A stretch of DNA of 64,000 nucleotides, taken from contig JALDTO010000142.1 of NCBI GenBank assembly GCA_023515725.1, positions 248,001-312,000 on the forward strand. The letters run 5' to 3'. This stretch comes from Amoeboaphelidium protococcarum X5. Lineage: Eukaryota; Fungi; Aphelidiomycota. Positions 60,845 to 64,000 of this stretch are shown one piece after another (within the stretch, counting starts at the first letter, position 1; each line of letters opens with the position of its first letter). Made by a program: the position numbers and the translations under genes. The notes under the pieces are model-generated. The model worked only from the letters and a program-made list of their open reading frames with translations, had not been told where the DNA came from and made no database searches.

Positions 60845-61110
60845 TTTGCACCCTTATACCTTTATGTCTTTATATCTTTGCACCTTTGAAGCTTTAACCT
60901 TCTCCATGCTTCACCTTTTACCCTTGTATGTTTTACCTTTGGATGTTTCACCCTTGATGATATGCCTTTCCCCTTTGTATACTTGGCCCTTCCACGTCTG
61001 ACCATGGGATGTTTCCACATTTACCCTTTGGATACTTGACCTTTGGATGTTTCACAATTACACCTTTTACATTTACATGTTTGCACCTTTGCACCTTTTA
61101 ATTATTTAAT
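60845..61110. repeat. Degenerate ACCTTT/GATGTTT-unit array, the inverted counterpart of 54600-54837
   Basis: Recurrent accttt, acccttt and ggatgttt units. Confidence 0.7.
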
Positions 61111-61603
61111 TAATTCTCGGAATACTTTGTTTCGACACATATAGGAACGGATTTTCTCGACAAAAAAAAACAAAGTTGCTATTCAAAGATACACATGTCA
61201 ATGTATTCATAAGAAGTCAGCTAAGGTATACGTGTACTTTGTGGATAGTGGTTCAACTTCAATGAGAATCTTCTCAAACTGTTTAGTAGCTTTGTTGAAT
61301 ATCACTATTGCAAGATGTTCGTTATCACTCATATTAGGTTGTGGTGTCTGGGGCATATTTTGTCTGTGTATACTGTAAGGAATATATTTTGCTCGGTAAG
61401 TATTAAATAATCTGTTCCGCTGGCTTATTCATGAACTTGCCATGGAGATAGGCTTCACTTATCTCCGCGATAGTTCTTAATTTCGTGTTGGTTAGAAATC
61501 ATTCTCATGCATGTTTCAGTCTTTGTGTAGACTCATCTTAGGATGATCGAACAACGATACCTATTAGACTCAAACCACTAGTGGGAAGTTAAGAATTGTC
61601 TAG

Positions 61604-61746
61604 ACATCTTCGAGGCATACTTTACAATCGTTTATTTGGTACCAAAGTGTACTGAAAAAGTATGATCATTTTAATTATATCATTATGACAATAATGATAA
61701 AATAGGATCATTTTAAGTTTGGTACCAAATAAACGATATTACTTCT
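61604..61746. repeat. Right terminal inverted repeat, with an internal hairpin
   Basis: Reverse complement of 53394-53536. Confidence 0.95.
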
Positions 61747-61831
61747 GATGTTGTTTGACATCCTTCCAGTTTTTACCATTGTTTCTTTTCTTCACACATT
61801 GGATCAAAACTCACATCACACTCCTTCTTAA

Positions 61832-62328
61832 ATGAGCATTCGAGATTAGTTTATAAAGCGAGAGCAGTAGTAGAACGCGCAGGCTAATGATAACCTCCCA
61901 TCTCAATACAATGGAAGTGGCGACGATAAATCTAGAATTATTAGTGGTCATGGCGAGTTTTTATCAGCTTTCAAGGATCTATAGCGGACAGTGATGAATG
62001 AATTCTCTGCTATCACCCAACCGCTCGATGATATCATATCTATTGTCGGTGACACTGTAGCATTTGGCTCATAATCATCATCGTCATCATTTCGAAGTGG
62101 ATATTCTTCTACATACAAATAGAATCCAGATGGGGTAAGTAGAATATATGACGCGTTGTATTTCTTACATACTGATTTAGATTTGTGTGACTTGATTTGT
62201 AGAGCTCAGAGAAGATTGTGCATAAACGAAATCCAGATGGATCTATGATTGTAGAGCGGACTCTATGCGATGCTTCTAAGCAATGCGAGACTTTCTCAGA
62301 ATTCATTGAAGCATCGAAACAGTAATGA
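61832..62328 (+). CDS. Hypothetical protein with weak HAX1/MLF-like C-terminal resemblance (intron 62135-62202)
   Basis: Open in table 6. A GTAAGT...TGTAG intron joins KQNPDG/SSEKIVHKRNPDGSMIVERTLCD. Confidence 0.55.
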
Positions 62329-62571
62329 TAATTGGCGATTGAATATCTGTATCATTGAATTGAATGTTTGATCTTCTTCATTTAATGATATTTCTCGCGT
62401 CGGACATTCGTGCCGCTCGCGAATCTCTCGTTTTTCTTCATAAGGTGCACCTGCTCTTTTACTGAGATCTTTGAATTTCGGTACTTGCACAATTGTTGGA
62501 GTTAACTACAAATTACTTTACTTTTTACTCTCGAATAATTATTAAAAAGTTTCTATATAGTATCTTCCGAG

Positions 62572-63677
62572 ATGATGATCAGTATACGTAAAGGCTTTAG
62601 ATGCATGTCTAGCGGTGGTCGATATGCAGACACTGTGAAGAATATGCTCATCAACAAGGAGACTCGCGTTATCTGCCAAGGATTTACTGGCAAGCAGGTA
62701 AGTTGATAGCGATTTCCATGTCTACCACTACTGTAACTTACTAAGTGTTTAAGCATGGTGTAGGGAACTTTTCACTCTAAGCAGGCGATTGATTATGGTA
62801 CTCAGATGGTTGGAGGTGTGTCGCCTGGAAAGGCAGGCCAGACTCATCTTGGTCTACCTGTATTTGCATCAGTGAAAGAGGTATTTCTCATACTGAATTT
62901 CATATTTTAACTTTTTATTTATGTGAATAGCGATGATAATTGTAGGCAATGGACAAGGTTCAAGCAACTGCATCAGTCATCTATGTTCCACCTCCAGCTG
63001 CAGCGAAGGCTATTCTTGAGGCGATTGATGCTGAAGTTCCGCTAGTGGTGTGTATTACTGAAGGTATTCCACAGTAAGACATGGTGCGCGTTATGAAAGT
63101 GTTGAAGAATTAGGACAAGACTCGCCTGATCGGCCCAAATTGTCCTGGTATCATCAAACCTGATGAGTGCAAGATTGGAATTATGCCTGGTCATATTCAC
63201 AAGGCTGGTAGAATTGGTGTGGTGAGCAGAAGTGGAACGCTGACTTACGAAGCTGTCGCGTAGACTAGCGCTGTCGGTCTTGGCTAGAGTTTATGTGTGG
63301 GTATCGGTGGAGATCCATTTAATGGCACCAACTTTGTCGACTGTCTAGAGGTGTTCATGAAAGATGATTAGACGGAGGGAATCATTTTGATTGGTGAGAT
63401 TGGTGGTTCTGCTGAGGAGGAGGCTGCCGAGTTCTTGAAGAAGCACAACTTCACCGCCGACGGTAAGGTGAGGAAGCCTGTTGTCTCGTTCATTGCCGGA
63501 AGAACTGCTCCACCTGGTAGAAGAATGGGCCACGCGGGCGCAATCATCTCTGGCGGAAAGGGAACTGCGGACGCGAAAATCGCCGCTCTCGAATCTGCCG
63601 GTGTGACTGTGACTGAGAGTCCTGCTCAGCTTGGATCCACCATGCTTAAAGCAATGAAGAAGGCTGGTCTGGCATGA
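62572..63677 (+). CDS. LSC1: Succinyl-CoA ligase alpha subunit, mitochondrial (2 introns)
   Basis: [45 protein letters not shown] and RRMGHAGAI. Confidence 0.96.
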
Positions 63678-64000
63678 TTAATACTTTCATGATTTAATCC
63701 AGTTATATATTCTAAAACTTAAGTCATCATTATTATTATTATTTTAGCATTTAGTTTATTAGCGCGTCTCAGAAGTGATTTTTCTAGACGATGTTCATAA
63801 CTGTTCCAAACGCGAGAATGTAATCACTTGAGAATCCCGATCATGTACTCTGTATTAAAACGAAATCTGCATCATTATCTTATATAGTCGTACCGTTTCA
63901 GTGACAGCGACGCTTTGAAGAGCCGTATCACCTTCAATGAATGAACAGATGACATTTTGAAAAGCGCGAGTTTCTCTCTTTCTTTCCCGTTGAGAAACTG

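Larger units (their letters stand above)
53394..61746. mobile_element. Polinton/Maverick-like non-autonomous element (8353 bp) carrying a Fanzor gene
   Basis: Termini AG...CT; 143-bp TIRs; 6-bp TSD GATGTT at 53388-53393 and 61747-61752; rve integrase remnant. Confidence 0.85.

Overview
Gene-dense eukaryotic window with few, short introns, from a fungus-related opisthokont that reads TAA/TAG as Gln and uses TGA as its stop (translation table 6). This fits the aphelid Amoeboaphelidium protococcarum, where the reassignment is known; the taxon call is inference. The supplied ORF track uses the standard code and therefore breaks real genes into fragments. Re-read in table 6, the window holds about 30 host genes: SLC12 transporter, TSC13, DED1, RPL11, uS8m, four tandem membrane-protein paralogs, SmB, CSE1, DENR, uS14m, a short Set1, PRA1, acid phosphatase, clathrin heavy chain, RPC4, RBBP4/HAT2, RPL32, ADP1, ATP23, RPF1, FMN1, YSH1, a dual-specificity phosphatase, ATG4, a PH+FHA protein and LSC1. 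There are two accessory regions. (1) 27755-33346: a block bounded by 507-bp inverted repeats, each carrying an outward-facing tRNA-Arg(ACG)-like gene. (2) 53394-61746: a Polinton/Maverick-like element with AG...CT ends, 143-bp hairpin TIRs, a 6-bp GATGTT target-site duplication and a frameshifted rve integrase. It carries an uninterrupted 803-aa Fanzor1 (eukaryotic TnpB-like RNA-guided nuclease) ORF, hidden in the standard code by 17 in-frame TAA/TAG codons, with a candidate omegaRNA stem-loop just downstream. All translations and coordinates were worked out by hand; no database searches were run.
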